Assembly (NCBI GenBank): GCA_035353995.1
Contig: DAOQAL010000001.1
Span: 145,464-209,463 of the forward strand
DNA from: Minisyncoccota bacterium
GTDB lineage: Bacteria; Patescibacteriota; Minisyncoccia; Phycocordibacterales; UBA9973
DNA length: 64,000 nt
Direction: 5' to 3'
How positions within the stretch are numbered: position 1 is the first letter of the stretch; every line of letters starts with the position of its first letter. The notes under the pieces were generated by a model. The model ran no database searches. It was not told where the DNA came from and saw nothing but the letters and a program-made list of their open reading frames with translations. Shown here in pieces: positions 45,903 to 56,627 of this stretch. A program made the translations under genes and the position numbers.

Positions 45903-47816
45903 ATGGATTTTAATGTTTTAAATACAAAAGATGCTAAGAATAAAGGTAAAAAGGGCAAAAAAGGCCCTAGTTTTACCAGTAGTATAGCTACTGCTCTTTT
46001 GGTGTTTATGCTTATAACATCACTTTATTTAGTAATTACTGAAAACAAAAAAGACATACCACAAATTTCTATTTCTGATTTAGCTAAAAATGTTTCCGAG
46101 GGAACAGTAAAAAAAGTTGTTGTTGCTGGAGAAAAACTTACTATTACATATACAAATGATGAAGTTAAAGAATCAAAAAAAGAAGCAGAATCTTCTCTTT
46201 CTCAAACATTATTTAATTACGGAGTAAAACCAGAAGCACTTTCTCAAACTACTATAGAAATAAAAAATGAAAATGGTTTTGGATATTGGTTATTAAATAT
46301 ATTGCCATTTTTGATTCCTGTAGTTTTTGTTCTATTTTTCTTTTGGTATTTATCCAGACAAGTTAAGGGTGCAGGCATGCAAGCATTTACATTTGGTCAA
46401 TCAAAAGCAAGAATTACTGACCCTAATGATAAAAGTAATAAAGTTACATTTAAAGATGTGGCTGGGTGTAAAGAAGCAAAAGAAGAATTAAAAGAAATTG
46501 TTGATTTTCTAAAAAGTCCAAAAAAGTTTTTAGATATTGGTGCAAGAATTCCTAAAGGAGTTATTTTAACTGGAGCTCCAGGAACAGGTAAAACATTACT
46601 TGCAAGAGCTGTAGCAGGTGAAGCATCAGTCCCTTTTTTCCATCTTTCTGGATCTGAATTTGTTGAAATGTTTGTTGGTGTTGGAGCTTCTAGAGTTAGA
46701 GATTTATTCAAAATGGCAAAAAAATCTGCTCCATCTATAATTTTTGTTGATGAAATAGATGCAATAGGAAGAACACGTGGTGGAGGATTTGGAGGTGGAA
46801 ATGATGAACGTGAACAAACATTAAATCAGATATTGGTTGAAATGGATGGTTTTGAACCAAATGATAAAGTTATAGTAATGGCCGCAACAAATAGACCAGA
46901 TGTTCTTGATCCAGCTCTAATTCGTCCAGGGCGTTTTGATAGAAAAGTAATTTTAGAATTACCTGATCGTTCAGATAGAGAAGATATTTTAAAAATACAT
47001 GCACAGAGAAAACCACTTGCTGAAGATATTAATTTGAAATTAATTGCTGAAAGAACTCCTGGATTTTCTGGAGCAGATTTATATTCATTAATGAACGAGG
47101 GAGCCATTTTAGCTGCACGTGAGAATCGTAAAAAGGTTTTTCAATTTGACTTGATTCGTGCTATAGAAAAAGTAATGCTTGGTCCAGAAAGAAAAAGTCA
47201 TTTGCTTTCAAAGAAGGAAAAAGAAATAACTGCTTATCACGAAGCAGGGCATGCTCTTGTTGCTTCTGTATTGCCTAATGCTGATCCAGTACATAAAGTA
47301 TCTATTATTGCGAGAGGAAATGCAGGCGGTTACACTCTTAAATTGCCTCTTGAAGAGAGAAGATTACAATCTAAAAAAGAATTTATTGATGATATTGCAA
47401 TGTCTCTTGGTGGATATGTTGCAGAAAAAATTGTTTTTGGAGACATAACAACAGGGCCTTCAAGTGATTTGCAGGTTGCTACAAATTTGGCTCGTGCAAT
47501 GGTTACACGTTTTGGTATGTCTGATATAATTGGTCCTGTCGCTTTGGAAGATTCTGGTGGCAAATTACAATTTGGTGAGGTATATGAAAAAGAATATTCT
47601 GAGGCAATGTCTATAAAAGTTGATTCTGAAATTTCAAAAATTATTGATAATGGAATAAAATCTGCAGAGAAAGCATTAAAAGAAAATAGGGAAGCATTTG
47701 ATAGCATAGCAAAAAGATTAATTGAGGTCGAAACAATAGAACAGGAAGAATATGAGAAAATAATTATTGCACATGGTATAGTTCCTAAGAAGTTAGTTGT
47801 TGAAAAAACAAATTAG
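45903..47816 (+). CDS. ftsH: ATP-dependent zinc metalloprotease FtsH
   Basis: AAA module [11 protein letters not shown] region, HEAGHALV zinc motif. Confidence 0.95.
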   Translation: MDFNVLNTKDAKNKGKKGKKGPSFTSSIATALLVFMLITSLYLVITENKKDIPQISISDLAKNVSEGTVKKVVVAGEKLTITYTNDEVKESKKEAESSLSQTLFNYGVKPEALSQTTIEIKNENGFGYWLLNILPFLIPVVFVLFFFWYLSRQVKGAGMQAFTFGQSKARITDPNDKSNKVTFKDVAGCKEAKEELKEIVDFLKSPKKFLDIGARIPKGVILTGAPGTGKTLLARAVAGEASVPFFHLSGSEFVEMFVGVGASRVRDLFKMAKKSAPSIIFVDEIDAIGRTRGGGFGGGNDEREQTLNQILVEMDGFEPNDKVIVMAATNRPDVLDPALIRPGRFDRKVILELPDRSDREDILKIHAQRKPLAEDINLKLIAERTPGFSGADLYSLMNEGAILAARENRKKVFQFDLIRAIEKVMLGPERKSHLLSKKEKEITAYHEAGHALVASVLPNADPVHKVSIIARGNAGGYTLKLPLEERRLQSKKEFIDDIAMSLGGYVAEKIVFGDITTGPSSDLQVATNLARAMVTRFGMSDIIGPVALEDSGGKLQFGEVYEKEYSEAMSIKVDSEISKIIDNGIKSAEKALKENREAFDSIAKRLIEVETIEQEEYEKIIIAHGIVPKKLVVEKTN

Positions 47817-47831
47817 AATTAATTTGCAAAA

Positions 47832-47905
47832 CCGTCCTTAGCTCAGCTGGTTAGAGCACGGAGCTTATACCTCCGGGGTCCTAGGTTCGAATCCTAGAGG
47901 ACGGA
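47832..47905 (+). tRNA. tRNA-Ile, anticodon UAU (reads AUA)
   Basis: Cloverleaf CCGTCCT/AGGACGG acceptor, anticodon arm CGGAG-CTTATAC-CTCCG, T-arm CTAGG-TTCGAAT-CCTAG, discriminator A; CCA not encoded. Confidence 0.75.
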
Positions 47906-47978
47906 CAAGGATAATTTTTCCATAAAATTGGAAAATAGATTTTTGAATTAGAAAGAATTGAAGAAGAATAATAATTCT

Positions 47979-49469
47979 TTAAGCTTCTGCTATTTGAATT
48001 TTCTTATCTATTTTTTCGTCTTTTTCTTTAAGAGCTAATATGGTGAATGAGCCCAGCGCAACTACTATACTGGATACTATAAATACAAAGTCATAGGAAG
48101 TGACTTGAGCTTTTAATGCTATTAGTGATATATATTGTTGCAAGTCTATGGGGCTATTGCTAAATAAATGACTAAAATTATTTATTTGTAATACATTATG
48201 TTCAATTCTGTTATTCAGAATAGTTCCAAATAAAGCAATTCCGAATGCACCAGATATACTTCTTGCTAGAGCAAGGACTGATGAAGCAATTCCAATTTCA
48301 CTGTCTTTAACAATAGTTGTTACTAAGTTTGTTCTTTGCGCCATACCAAGACCCATACCAAATGCCATTATACTTAGTGGTATTATTACACCCCAAACAG
48401 TTGATCTTGGGTCAAGAAATGAAAATAAGAAGAGTCCAAATGCTGATATCAAAGTGCTTGCGAATATTACATATTTAGATTTTACTCTTCCAGTTAACAT
48501 ACCTCCTATCGGTGATGTAATCATCATAACTAATGCCATTGGCATAAATAAATACCCAGATTCTGTGGCACTAAAACCGAGAAATGTTTGCACAAAAACT
48601 GGTATTAGAAATACCGATCCCATCATTCCCATAAAAATTATAAAATTGTTTGAGATTATATTTACAAAAGCTGGTATTTTGAAAAAACTTAAATCTACTA
48701 TTGGCTCTTTTGCTTTATGTTCAACATCTATAAATATTTTACCGAAAATTAGAATTACAAGATAAGAAATTATACTGCTTATTGAAAGCCATCCCCAACT
48801 TGATCCTTTTTCAAGAACAAGAACTAAAGAAGAAAGTGTTACTCCTAATGTTATTGCTCCCCACCAGTCAAAGTGTTGTGGTTTTTCTTCTGATCTTGAT
48901 TCATTAATAAATCTTAATGCCATCAAAACTCCAATTATTCCAATAGGCAAATTTATAAAGAAAACTGATCTCCAACCTAAACTATCAATAAGAGGACCTC
49001 CGATGAGTGGACCAAGTACAGAAGCTGCTGCGAATGCAGAAGACCAAATACCTAATGCTTGTGCTCTTTCTCGCCCTTGTTTAAAAGTTACTGCAATAAT
49101 TGCCATAGCAGTAGGGTAGTCAGCAGATCCAGCGATAGCTTGTATTACACGAAATACTATCATTGATTTTAAATCCCATGCAAAACCAGCCAAAATTGAT
49201 CCTAGCACAAACACACTGAAACCGATTATATAAACTTTTTTTCTTCCAATTGTGTCTCCAAGTTTTCCCCAAATAGGAACAAAAATAGCATTAGCAATAA
49301 TGTAGGCAGTGGCAATCCAACCGGCTGCTGATACTGTAATGTTAAATTCGTCAATTATTTTAGGGAGGGCAAGGTTTACAACCGTTTGATCCATTGAACT
49401 TAAAAAAGTTCCAATGATAACAGTTATAAGAACCCACCATCGCAGTTTGTCCTGCTTGGCTTCTGTCAT
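47979..49469 (-). CDS. MFS drug:H+ antiporter (DHA2/EmrB-QacA type, 14 TM)
   Basis: N-terminal MFS motif LSSMDQTVVNLALPKI; 496 aa. Confidence 0.85.
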   Translation of the reverse strand: MTEAKQDKLRWWVLITVIIGTFLSSMDQTVVNLALPKIIDEFNITVSAAGWIATAYIIANAIFVPIWGKLGDTIGRKKVYIIGFSVFVLGSILAGFAWDLKSMIVFRVIQAIAGSADYPTAMAIIAVTFKQGRERAQALGIWSSAFAAASVLGPLIGGPLIDSLGWRSVFFINLPIGIIGVLMALRFINESRSEEKPQHFDWWGAITLGVTLSSLVLVLEKGSSWGWLSISSIISYLVILIFGKIFIDVEHKAKEPIVDLSFFKIPAFVNIISNNFIIFMGMMGSVFLIPVFVQTFLGFSATESGYLFMPMALVMMITSPIGGMLTGRVKSKYVIFASTLISAFGLFLFSFLDPRSTVWGVIIPLSIMAFGMGLGMAQRTNLVTTIVKDSEIGIASSVLALARSISGAFGIALFGTILNNRIEHNVLQINNFSHLFSNSPIDLQQYISLIALKAQVTSYDFVFIVSSIVVALGSFTILALKEKDEKIDKKIQIAEA

Positions 49470-49473
49470 ATAA

Positions 49474-50106
49474 TTATTTATTAAAAACTTTTATTTTAGC
49501 GGACATACCATTTTTAAATTCTGGATGAAGTTCGATATCATATTTTATTTTGATTGTAAATTCTTTTACTTCTCTTTTGTCTGAAATACTAAATACAACA
49601 CTTGAGTCTTTTGAAGTTTCACTAATTTCATCTACTATACCTGTATATTTTTCTCCTGGAAATGCATCAAGAACAAAACTTACAGGATCACCAATAGAAA
49701 TTTTAGAAAATCCAGAATCTTCTTTTATTGTTCCAATAACTCTAAGTTCATTTGGATCAATCATTTTTATTACAGCTTGAGAAGGGGAGAACAGTTGTCC
49801 TGGTGTATTATTTGCTACAATAATATGGCCGTCTATTCTTGATGTAAGTATTTCAGCTCCAACGTGAGCTAAAGGTTCTCCAGCTTTTACATCATCTCCA
49901 ACTTTTACATACACTTGATCAAGTATTCCAGAAACTTCTGGACTTATAGTTATTACTGGAGCTTCAACAGTTCCATTTTCAATTTTTATATGTGATGAAA
50001 TTGATTTGTAGAATAATATACCGGTAATCAAAGCTACAACAATCAAGACGCCTGATAAACTTTGAACCCATGGTTTTTTAAAAATACTTTCTTTAGGATT
50101 TTCCAT
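49474..50106 (-). CDS. HlyD/EmrA-family membrane-fusion protein (short)
   Basis: N-terminal TM plus biotinyl/lipoyl-like and beta-barrel segments; operon with MFS pump. Confidence 0.55.
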   Translation of the reverse strand: MENPKESIFKKPWVQSLSGVLIVVALITGILFYKSISSHIKIENGTVEAPVITISPEVSGILDQVYVKVGDDVKAGEPLAHVGAEILTSRIDGHIIVANNTPGQLFSPSQAVIKMIDPNELRVIGTIKEDSGFSKISIGDPVSFVLDAFPGEKYTGIVDEISETSKDSSVVFSISDKREVKEFTIKIKYDIELHPEFKNGMSAKIKVFNK

Positions 50107-50107
50107 A

Positions 50108-51094
50108 TTATTTTATAGTTATACTTATAACTGGTTTATTGGAAGAGACCGACTGTCCAACTTTAAGATTTTCATCAATAGAAGTTACAACACCATCAGC
50201 TGGTGCAATAATTAAATTGTTTTGATATGAACCAAGTGCTGCTTCATATGATCCACGTGCTGCTTCAACTTGTGCACGGGCTACACTATTTTCATTTCCA
50301 CTATCGCCGATGTTTGTTGAAAGATCTGTTAATATTTTTTCTCTATTTGCTAAAGCCAATTCATAGGAATTTTTATTTGCCATATAAACTGAACTTTTTT
50401 TATTTGGAATTTCTATTGTCCAAGTAATAGTGTCATTAAAATATTCTGAAACTTTGTTGAATTTTATTTGTAGACCACAATCTCCAAGAGCAATAGGGTT
50501 TTCATATTTTACTGGAGCAAAACCACTTTCAAGCCCGGAATATTTAAATGAATATCCAGTATCGTTATCAGATGAGCGATATGGTTCTATTTTGTAAGAT
50601 CCTTCTTTTCCACATGTATAAGTTCCAGATATTGTAGGAACATTTAAATCTTGTTTATTTGGAGTACCTTCAAGTCCGCTTGAAAGTAATGTCTTATACG
50701 CATTTTCGACAATAAGATCTTGCTGTGCTTTTGTTGTTTTATATTGTGTATTAAGTAATGCATATTGTGCTTCTGCTAAATCAAGAGCACTCTTTGCTTG
50801 GCTTACTGCACCTTGTGAATCTGGTGCTGAAAGTTTTGCTAAAATATCTCCTTTTGTTACATTTTGTCCAACTTTTACTAATACAGATTCAAGCCTTCCA
50901 CTTTTTGGAAAAGAAAGATCTACATTGTCTTGTGAAGTTAGCTCTATGGACGGATTAGTACTTTCTCCAATATTTACAACTGGTGCTTTTCCTATATATT
51001 TCCATCCTATAACTAGAGCTATTGCTCCAATAATTATGGTTATAAAAATTATATTTTTTGGTTTTGAAAACATTTTTTTTATTTTTTCTTTCAT
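50108..51094 (-). CDS. HlyD-family membrane-fusion protein
   Basis: TM anchor, lipoyl-like hairpin (VKVGQNVTKGDILAKL), coiled-coil. Confidence 0.6.
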   Translation of the reverse strand: MKEKIKKMFSKPKNIIFITIIIGAIALVIGWKYIGKAPVVNIGESTNPSIELTSQDNVDLSFPKSGRLESVLVKVGQNVTKGDILAKLSAPDSQGAVSQAKSALDLAEAQYALLNTQYKTTKAQQDLIVENAYKTLLSSGLEGTPNKQDLNVPTISGTYTCGKEGSYKIEPYRSSDNDTGYSFKYSGLESGFAPVKYENPIALGDCGLQIKFNKVSEYFNDTITWTIEIPNKKSSVYMANKNSYELALANREKILTDLSTNIGDSGNENSVARAQVEAARGSYEAALGSYQNNLIIAPADGVVTSIDENLKVGQSVSSNKPVISITIK

Positions 51095-51108
51095 ATATTA
51101 TTTATTAA

Positions 51109-51543
51109 TTAATTTGGTACACACTTTATAAGTATTCTTGCTAAATCTTCTTTGTCTTTCTTGCCTAACCTTAAAAACATTTTTTTGAATATATGCATCT
51201 TTTTATTATGGATAGAACGAAACATATTTTCTCCTTTTACTCCAAGCCTTACATAAACTTCTCTTCTGTCCTTTTTATTATGGATATTTACTCTCTCAAT
51301 CATTCCTTTTTCTATTAATATCTTTACTAATACACTCGCTGATGGGGGAGTAATATGTAGCCAAGATGCTATTTCTTTCATTGTGATACTACCTCTTTCT
51401 GCTATATACATCAAGATTTCAAAGTGCGAAAGAGACAAACCTGTTTCTTTTGCTTCTTCTAATAAAAATGTAGTCATTGAATGACGAAACATCATTAGAA
51501 CCCTATCTAAGTTTCTATTGCGTGTTAATACTATTTTTTTCAT
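51109..51543 (-). CDS. MarR-family transcriptional regulator
   Basis: wHTH region LSLSHFEILMYIAERGSITMKEIASWLHITPPSASVLVKILIEKGMIER. Confidence 0.75.
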   Translation of the reverse strand: MKKIVLTRNRNLDRVLMMFRHSMTTFLLEEAKETGLSLSHFEILMYIAERGSITMKEIASWLHITPPSASVLVKILIEKGMIERVNIHNKKDRREVYVRLGVKGENMFRSIHNKKMHIFKKMFLRLGKKDKEDLARILIKCVPN

Positions 51544-51616
51544 AAGTTTATCTAATATTTAGATAATCTAAATATTATCAAAATGACTTTTAAAAGTCAA
51601 GTTTTTTAAAAGTAAA

Positions 51617-53770
51617 CTATTCGAAATGAAATTTCTCTGTTTTTTCTTTTACTTTAGATTTAAGTAAAGAATATTTCAAAAGTTCAGGGTCCTCATTTAT
51701 TAAACGTATTGCTTCACTTCTTGCAGCTTCAACCATTTTTATATTTTTTATTGCTTCCATTCCAATATCTGTAATTCCCCATTGTTTTCCTCCAGAAAGT
51801 TCTCCAGCACCTCGTAATGTTAAATCAAGTTCAGCTAATTCAAAGCCATTTTTTGCTGTTTTTAAAGCTCGTAATCTTTTTATTGTTTTTTCTGTTTTTG
51901 CATCAGCAAATACATAACAATATGCCTGATGATTGCTTCTTATAACTCTGCCACGAAGTTGATGTAGTTGTGCAAGTCCGAATCTTTCAGCTCCTTCAAT
52001 AATAATAATTGTTGCATTTGGAACATTTATGCCAACTTCTATTACTGACGTAGCACATAAAATATTTAATTTACCATAAGCAAAATCTTTCATAACTTCT
52101 TCTTTTTTCTGTTTAGACATTTTTGAATGAAGTACTCCTATTTCACAATTTTGAAAAACTTCTTTCTTCAAACGTTTTGCTTCTGCTGTCGCAGATTTTA
52201 CGTTTAAAGCCATTTCTTTTTCTGGGTCAGGTTCAAAAATTCTTGGGCATATGACATACAATTGTCTGCCGTCTTTAATTTCTTTTTTTATTTTTTCATA
52301 TGTATCTTCACGCTTGTCTGGAGTTATTATTTCTGTAATAATTTGTTTTCTTCCGGCTGGCATTTCATCAAGTAAAGATAAGTCCAAATCTCCAAAAATT
52401 GTAAGAGCAAGCGTTCTTGGAATTGGGGTAGCTGTCATAGAAAGCAAATGTGGAGCAATATTATCTTTTCTTACTAACTTTCTTCTTTGTGCTGTGCCAA
52501 ATCTATGTTGCTCATCTATAACTACAAATGCTAAATTTTTAAATTTTACAGTTTTCTGAATTAGAGCGTGAGTTCCTATTAATATTGATATATCGCCACT
52601 TGCTGTCCATTTTAAAAGTTGTGAGCGAGATATATCTGTCCAACCAGCAGGATTTACTTTTGATGGAAATTTTTTACATCCAGATCCTGTTATCAATCCT
52701 ATATTGATAGGTAAATGTTTAAAATATTGTATAAAAGATTCAAAATGTTGTGATGCTAATATTTCAGTTGGTGCCATGTATGCAGTTTGTAAATTGCCAA
52801 AATTTTGTAATCGATTTTTTACAACTACATAAGCGGCTGTTGCTGCTACGGCTGTTTTTCCAGATCCTACATCTCCTTCAAGTAAACGTGACATTGGAAA
52901 TGGATTTGTCATATCTTTTAATATTGTTTCTATGGATTTTTTTTGTGAGTCTGTTGGAGAAAAAGGGAAACGTTTTAAGAATTCTTTAACTTCGTTTTCT
53001 GTATTTGTTATTTTAAAAGATTTATTTTTTTTATATTCAAGTTTTTCATGCTGTCTTTCAAGTTGTATATAAAAAACCTCTTCAAATGCGAATCTTTTTC
53101 TTGCGATTTCTGCATTTTTTTCATTCCTTGGTTTATGTATCCAAATTAATGCTGTTTTCAAACTTGGTAAGTTGTATCTCTCTAATATGTCGTTAGGAAT
53201 ATGATCTTCTATAGTATCTAAAATTTTTTCTTTAAATATTTTTTCTATTGCATGATAAAACCAACGTGATGTTATTCCTCTTGTCTCATGATATACAGGA
53301 TAAGATGAACCAGTAAGTTTTGTATCGTTTTTAAATAATGTGTTGTGAGAATCTATTGGTAATTCATTTGTTTTTTCAAATTCTGGATTAGCTAAATAAA
53401 TTCCTTGTTTGCCATTTGTAACTCGTCCTGTTAGTTTTACATTTTGGCCATTATGAATCATTTTTGCTAGATATGCTTGATTAAACCAAATTATTTTTAT
53501 TTTTGATGTTAAATCTTCTATTTCTCCCTCTGCCATTGGAATTTTAGAACGATACCCTTTTTTAGTTTTAAGTTTTGAAACTTTTCCATAGACTGTTGCA
53601 GTTTCTCCAGGAATAAGATTTTCAATTAGTTTTACTTCGCTTATGTCTCCATACCTAACAGGGAAGTAGAAAAGTAAATCATAAACAGAAAAAACCCCAA
53701 GCTTTTTTAAAGCCCTTTTTTGACTTTCGTCTAAGCGAAATATTGTCTCAATCCTGTCATTAAGTTGCAT
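51617..53770 (-). CDS. recG: ATP-dependent DNA helicase RecG
   Basis: N-terminal wedge domain, helicase motifs (GDVGSGKTAVA, DEQHRFG). Confidence 0.9.
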   Translation of the reverse strand: MQLNDRIETIFRLDESQKRALKKLGVFSVYDLLFYFPVRYGDISEVKLIENLIPGETATVYGKVSKLKTKKGYRSKIPMAEGEIEDLTSKIKIIWFNQAYLAKMIHNGQNVKLTGRVTNGKQGIYLANPEFEKTNELPIDSHNTLFKNDTKLTGSSYPVYHETRGITSRWFYHAIEKIFKEKILDTIEDHIPNDILERYNLPSLKTALIWIHKPRNEKNAEIARKRFAFEEVFYIQLERQHEKLEYKKNKSFKITNTENEVKEFLKRFPFSPTDSQKKSIETILKDMTNPFPMSRLLEGDVGSGKTAVAATAAYVVVKNRLQNFGNLQTAYMAPTEILASQHFESFIQYFKHLPINIGLITGSGCKKFPSKVNPAGWTDISRSQLLKWTASGDISILIGTHALIQKTVKFKNLAFVVIDEQHRFGTAQRRKLVRKDNIAPHLLSMTATPIPRTLALTIFGDLDLSLLDEMPAGRKQIITEIITPDKREDTYEKIKKEIKDGRQLYVICPRIFEPDPEKEMALNVKSATAEAKRLKKEVFQNCEIGVLHSKMSKQKKEEVMKDFAYGKLNILCATSVIEVGINVPNATIIIIEGAERFGLAQLHQLRGRVIRSNHQAYCYVFADAKTEKTIKRLRALKTAKNGFELAELDLTLRGAGELSGGKQWGITDIGMEAIKNIKMVEAARSEAIRLINEDPELLKYSLLKSKVKEKTEKFHFE

Positions 53771-53777
53771 TTATCAA

Positions 53778-54152
53778 TTATTTTCCAATCAATTCTTTTA
53801 CCTTTGCTGTAAGTTCGTCAAGACTAAAATTTGATTTAACCATGAACTGATTTATACCAAGTCCTTTTGCTTTTTCTATGTCTTTTTCTTCTGATAAGTT
53901 TGAGAATATAATTACGGGAACATTTACAAGCTCTTGTTCTTTTTTTATTATTTTTAGAATTTCAAATCCATCAACATCAGGTAGCATAAGATCAAGGAGT
54001 ACTAAATCAATTTTAACTTTTCTTTTTATTATATCTATAACACCATCCGCGTTAATAGCTGTCTGTATATCATATCCTTCCTTCTTTAGCTTTGTTGCTT
54101 CAAGGCCTTGAAGAAAAGTATCATCTTCTATAATAAAAACTGTTTTTGCCAT
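53778..54152 (-). CDS. Stand-alone response-regulator receiver domain (CheY-like)
   Basis: IIEDD...LVLLDLMLPDVDGFEIL...K; no output domain. Confidence 0.8.
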   Translation of the reverse strand: MAKTVFIIEDDTFLQGLEATKLKKEGYDIQTAINADGVIDIIKRKVKIDLVLLDLMLPDVDGFEILKIIKKEQELVNVPVIIFSNLSEEKDIEKAKGLGINQFMVKSNFSLDELTAKVKELIGK

Positions 54153-54169
54153 ATGTATTAATTATACTA

Positions 54170-54952
54170 CTACAAAGTGTTAGTGCAAGGTATTTGTGCA
54201 CTTTTTTGGGGAATTGTAAAAAAGAATGTTGTTCCTTGGTTTTGTTTACTCTCAAACCATATTTTACCATTATGATTTTCAATTATTTTTTTAGTCGTAA
54301 AAAGTCCTATTCCTGTGCCAGTTGCTTCTTTCTTTTTTGCTTCTGGGTCACGATAAAATCTTTCAAAAATTTTGGCTTTTCCTTCCTCAGATATTCCAAT
54401 ACCAGTATCTTTTATTGAAACTTCAGCAAAACCGTTTTCTTCTTTAATTGCGATAAATATTTTTCCTTTTTTATTGCTATATTTGATAGCATTTTCTATA
54501 AGATTTTGTAAAACAATTCGTATTTTTTCTTTGTCTGCATATATCATTGGAAATTTTGTTTCTGGTTTTAGAAAAATTATTTCTTCTTCATGGCTATATG
54601 TTTCACCCGAAAAATCAAAAATAGAATCATTTATGAGTTCTATTATGTCGAATTCTTCTAAATTATATTTTTTTTCTTCTGTGTCTTCAGTTTTATTAGC
54701 TAAAAGTAATTCGCTGACTATCTCTATTGCTCTGACATTATCTTCATAGGCTCTTTTCATCAAATTTTCTTGTTCTGCTGTGAGTTCTCCTAAATCGCCA
54801 TCTAAAAACATTTTAATAATCCACCTTGAAGCGGAAAGGGAAGTTCTAATTTGGTGTGCACTAATAGAAACTATATCTGTTTTTGCTAAACATAATTTTT
54901 CTAACCTATCATTTTTTTCCTGCAAAGATTTTATTAAATCATCTTTTCCCAT
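54170..54952 (-). CDS. Cytoplasmic sensor histidine kinase (HisKA + HATPase_c)
   Basis: H-box SISAHQIRTSLS; N, G1, G2 boxes (GTGIGLF); no TM. Confidence 0.8.
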   Translation of the reverse strand: MGKDDLIKSLQEKNDRLEKLCLAKTDIVSISAHQIRTSLSASRWIIKMFLDGDLGELTAEQENLMKRAYEDNVRAIEIVSELLLANKTEDTEEKKYNLEEFDIIELINDSIFDFSGETYSHEEEIIFLKPETKFPMIYADKEKIRIVLQNLIENAIKYSNKKGKIFIAIKEENGFAEVSIKDTGIGISEEGKAKIFERFYRDPEAKKKEATGTGIGLFTTKKIIENHNGKIWFESKQNQGTTFFFTIPQKSAQIPCTNTL

Positions 54953-55053
54953 GAATCTATTATAACACTTTTAAGTTTACCTATCACTTTCTATAAAAAC
55001 ATATTACATAGGCAAGATATATGTAATGGTGAAAGCCATCACTTTCGCGAATG

Positions 55054-55142
55054 CGGAGACGGCGGGATTCGAACCCGCGAAGGGTTTTGAAGCCCTTGCC
55101 TCTTTAGCAAAGAGGTACGTTAGACCACTCTGACACGTCTCC
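55054..55142 (-). tRNA. tRNA-Ser (GCU), class II with long variable arm
   Basis: Reverse complement: acceptor GGAGACG/CGTCTCC, anticodon arm CCTCT-TTGCTAA-AGAGG, long variable stem-loop, T-arm CGGGTTCGAATCCCG, discriminator G. Confidence 0.8.
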
Positions 55143-55224
55143 TTTATAATTTAATTACTTTAACATATTTTTTATACTTTTACAGTTTTTATGTTATATT
55201 ATTTTTGTATTTTAGAAATGAAAA

Positions 55225-55311
55225 GGAGGCGTGGATGAGTGGCTTAAATCAGCGGTTTACTAAACCGCCGTCCCTTAATCGGGACCGTGAGTTCGAATCT
55301 CACCGCCTCCG
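55225..55311 (+). tRNA. Class II (long variable arm) tRNA with apparent ACU anticodon (Ser-like identity, G73)
   Basis: Acceptor GGAGGCG/CGCCTCC, anticodon arm GCGGT-TTACTAA-ACCGC, variable arm GTCCC-ttaatc-GGGAC, T-arm GTGAG-TTCGAAT-CTCAC. Confidence 0.6.
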
Positions 55312-55401
55312 CAGAGTCGTGATAGCACAAGATGCTTAGTTCAAAAAGGTTTTAATTTATAAAATTAAAACCTTAAAATTTAGATAATAATCTGATATAC
55401 T

Positions 55402-56616
55402 TTGAATATGATTGAAAACAGCATTGTTTATCGAGATTTCAAAGGAAAATATGAATACCTTCCTATTTCAAAAGCGGAGGGTTCTTTAATTTGGGATAGA
55501 GACGGAAAAAGATATATAGATTTTTCATCAGCTTGGAACGTGACAAATCTAGGATGGAATAACCAAGAAATCAACGAAGCAATAATTGAACAAACAAAGA
55601 AAAATGTTCAGGGTCTTCTTTGGGGTTCTGATCCTATTCAAGAAGAATATGCTAAAGCTTTAACAGAAGCATTACCAAAAGAACTTGATGCATGTATTAA
55701 AGAAACAAGTGGCACAGAATCAATCGAAGTTGCAATTAAAGTAGCTCGTGTCTACACAGAAAGAAAAAGAATTATCGGTTTTAATTCTCATTATCACGGA
55801 CAGTTATTTGCTTCACTTGCTATTGGGTATCCAAAAGATTCACATCAAAAACTTCAACCGTTAGTTCCAGAAATTGAACCAATTCCATTTCCGCACAACA
55901 AAATAAGTGAAGAAGATTTCAATAAATTCATATCAGATTTTGAAGAATTACTTTCAAAAAAAGATGTCGCTGCGGTTGTTACAGAACCAGGAATTATTAC
56001 TGGTTGGGGTTCAACATTGATTTCATATCCTGGCTTTCTTACAAAACTTCGAGAAATTACTTCAAAGTATGGGACAATACTTATTGTTGATGAAGTTGGA
56101 ACTGGTTTTTCAAGAACTGGAAAACTTTTTGGTATACAGCATGAAAATGTAACACCAGATATGATTATATTCGCAAAAGGTATATCTAATGGAGCTTCAG
56201 CTATCGGTGCAGTTGTTGGTAAATCTGAAATGTTTGAAAAGGCATTTTCAGAAGCAATGTTAATTTCTACATTTGGTTGGACTCCAATAGCATGTGCTGT
56301 TTCTTTAAAAGCCCTTCAAATTCATTTAAGAGATAAAACCTGGGAAATGGCAGAAAAGAAAGGAAATTATATACAAGAAAAATTAAAAGCTCATGTTGGA
56401 GATACTGTCGTTGAAGTAAGAGGAATGGGATTAGAAATCGGATTACAATTTAAAGATGCAGAAACTTGCAAAAGAATTCAAAAGGCATGTTTTGCTGATG
56501 GACTTCATGTAGTTGTAGGAAGTGGAGATAATATGCAAATTATGCCACCACTTACAATTCCACAAGAACTATTAGATGAGGGACTAGATATTTTAATAAA
56601 AAATTTAAAAAGTTAA
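55402..56616 (+). CDS. Class III (omega-type) PLP-dependent aminotransferase
   Basis: DEVGTGFSRTGKLFG and PLP-lysine region IIFAKGISNG. Confidence 0.8.
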   Translation: MNMIENSIVYRDFKGKYEYLPISKAEGSLIWDRDGKRYIDFSSAWNVTNLGWNNQEINEAIIEQTKKNVQGLLWGSDPIQEEYAKALTEALPKELDACIKETSGTESIEVAIKVARVYTERKRIIGFNSHYHGQLFASLAIGYPKDSHQKLQPLVPEIEPIPFPHNKISEEDFNKFISDFEELLSKKDVAAVVTEPGIITGWGSTLISYPGFLTKLREITSKYGTILIVDEVGTGFSRTGKLFGIQHENVTPDMIIFAKGISNGASAIGAVVGKSEMFEKAFSEAMLISTFGWTPIACAVSLKALQIHLRDKTWEMAEKKGNYIQEKLKAHVGDTVVEVRGMGLEIGLQFKDAETCKRIQKACFADGLHVVVGSGDNMQIMPPLTIPQELLDEGLDILIKNLKS

Positions 56617-56627
56617 ATTATAAATTT

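Noticed and set aside
47913-47935. Hairpin TTTTCCA-taaaat-TGGAAAA after tRNA-Ile as a terminator
   Set aside because: Stem is entirely A/T with no clear U-tract; too weak to call.
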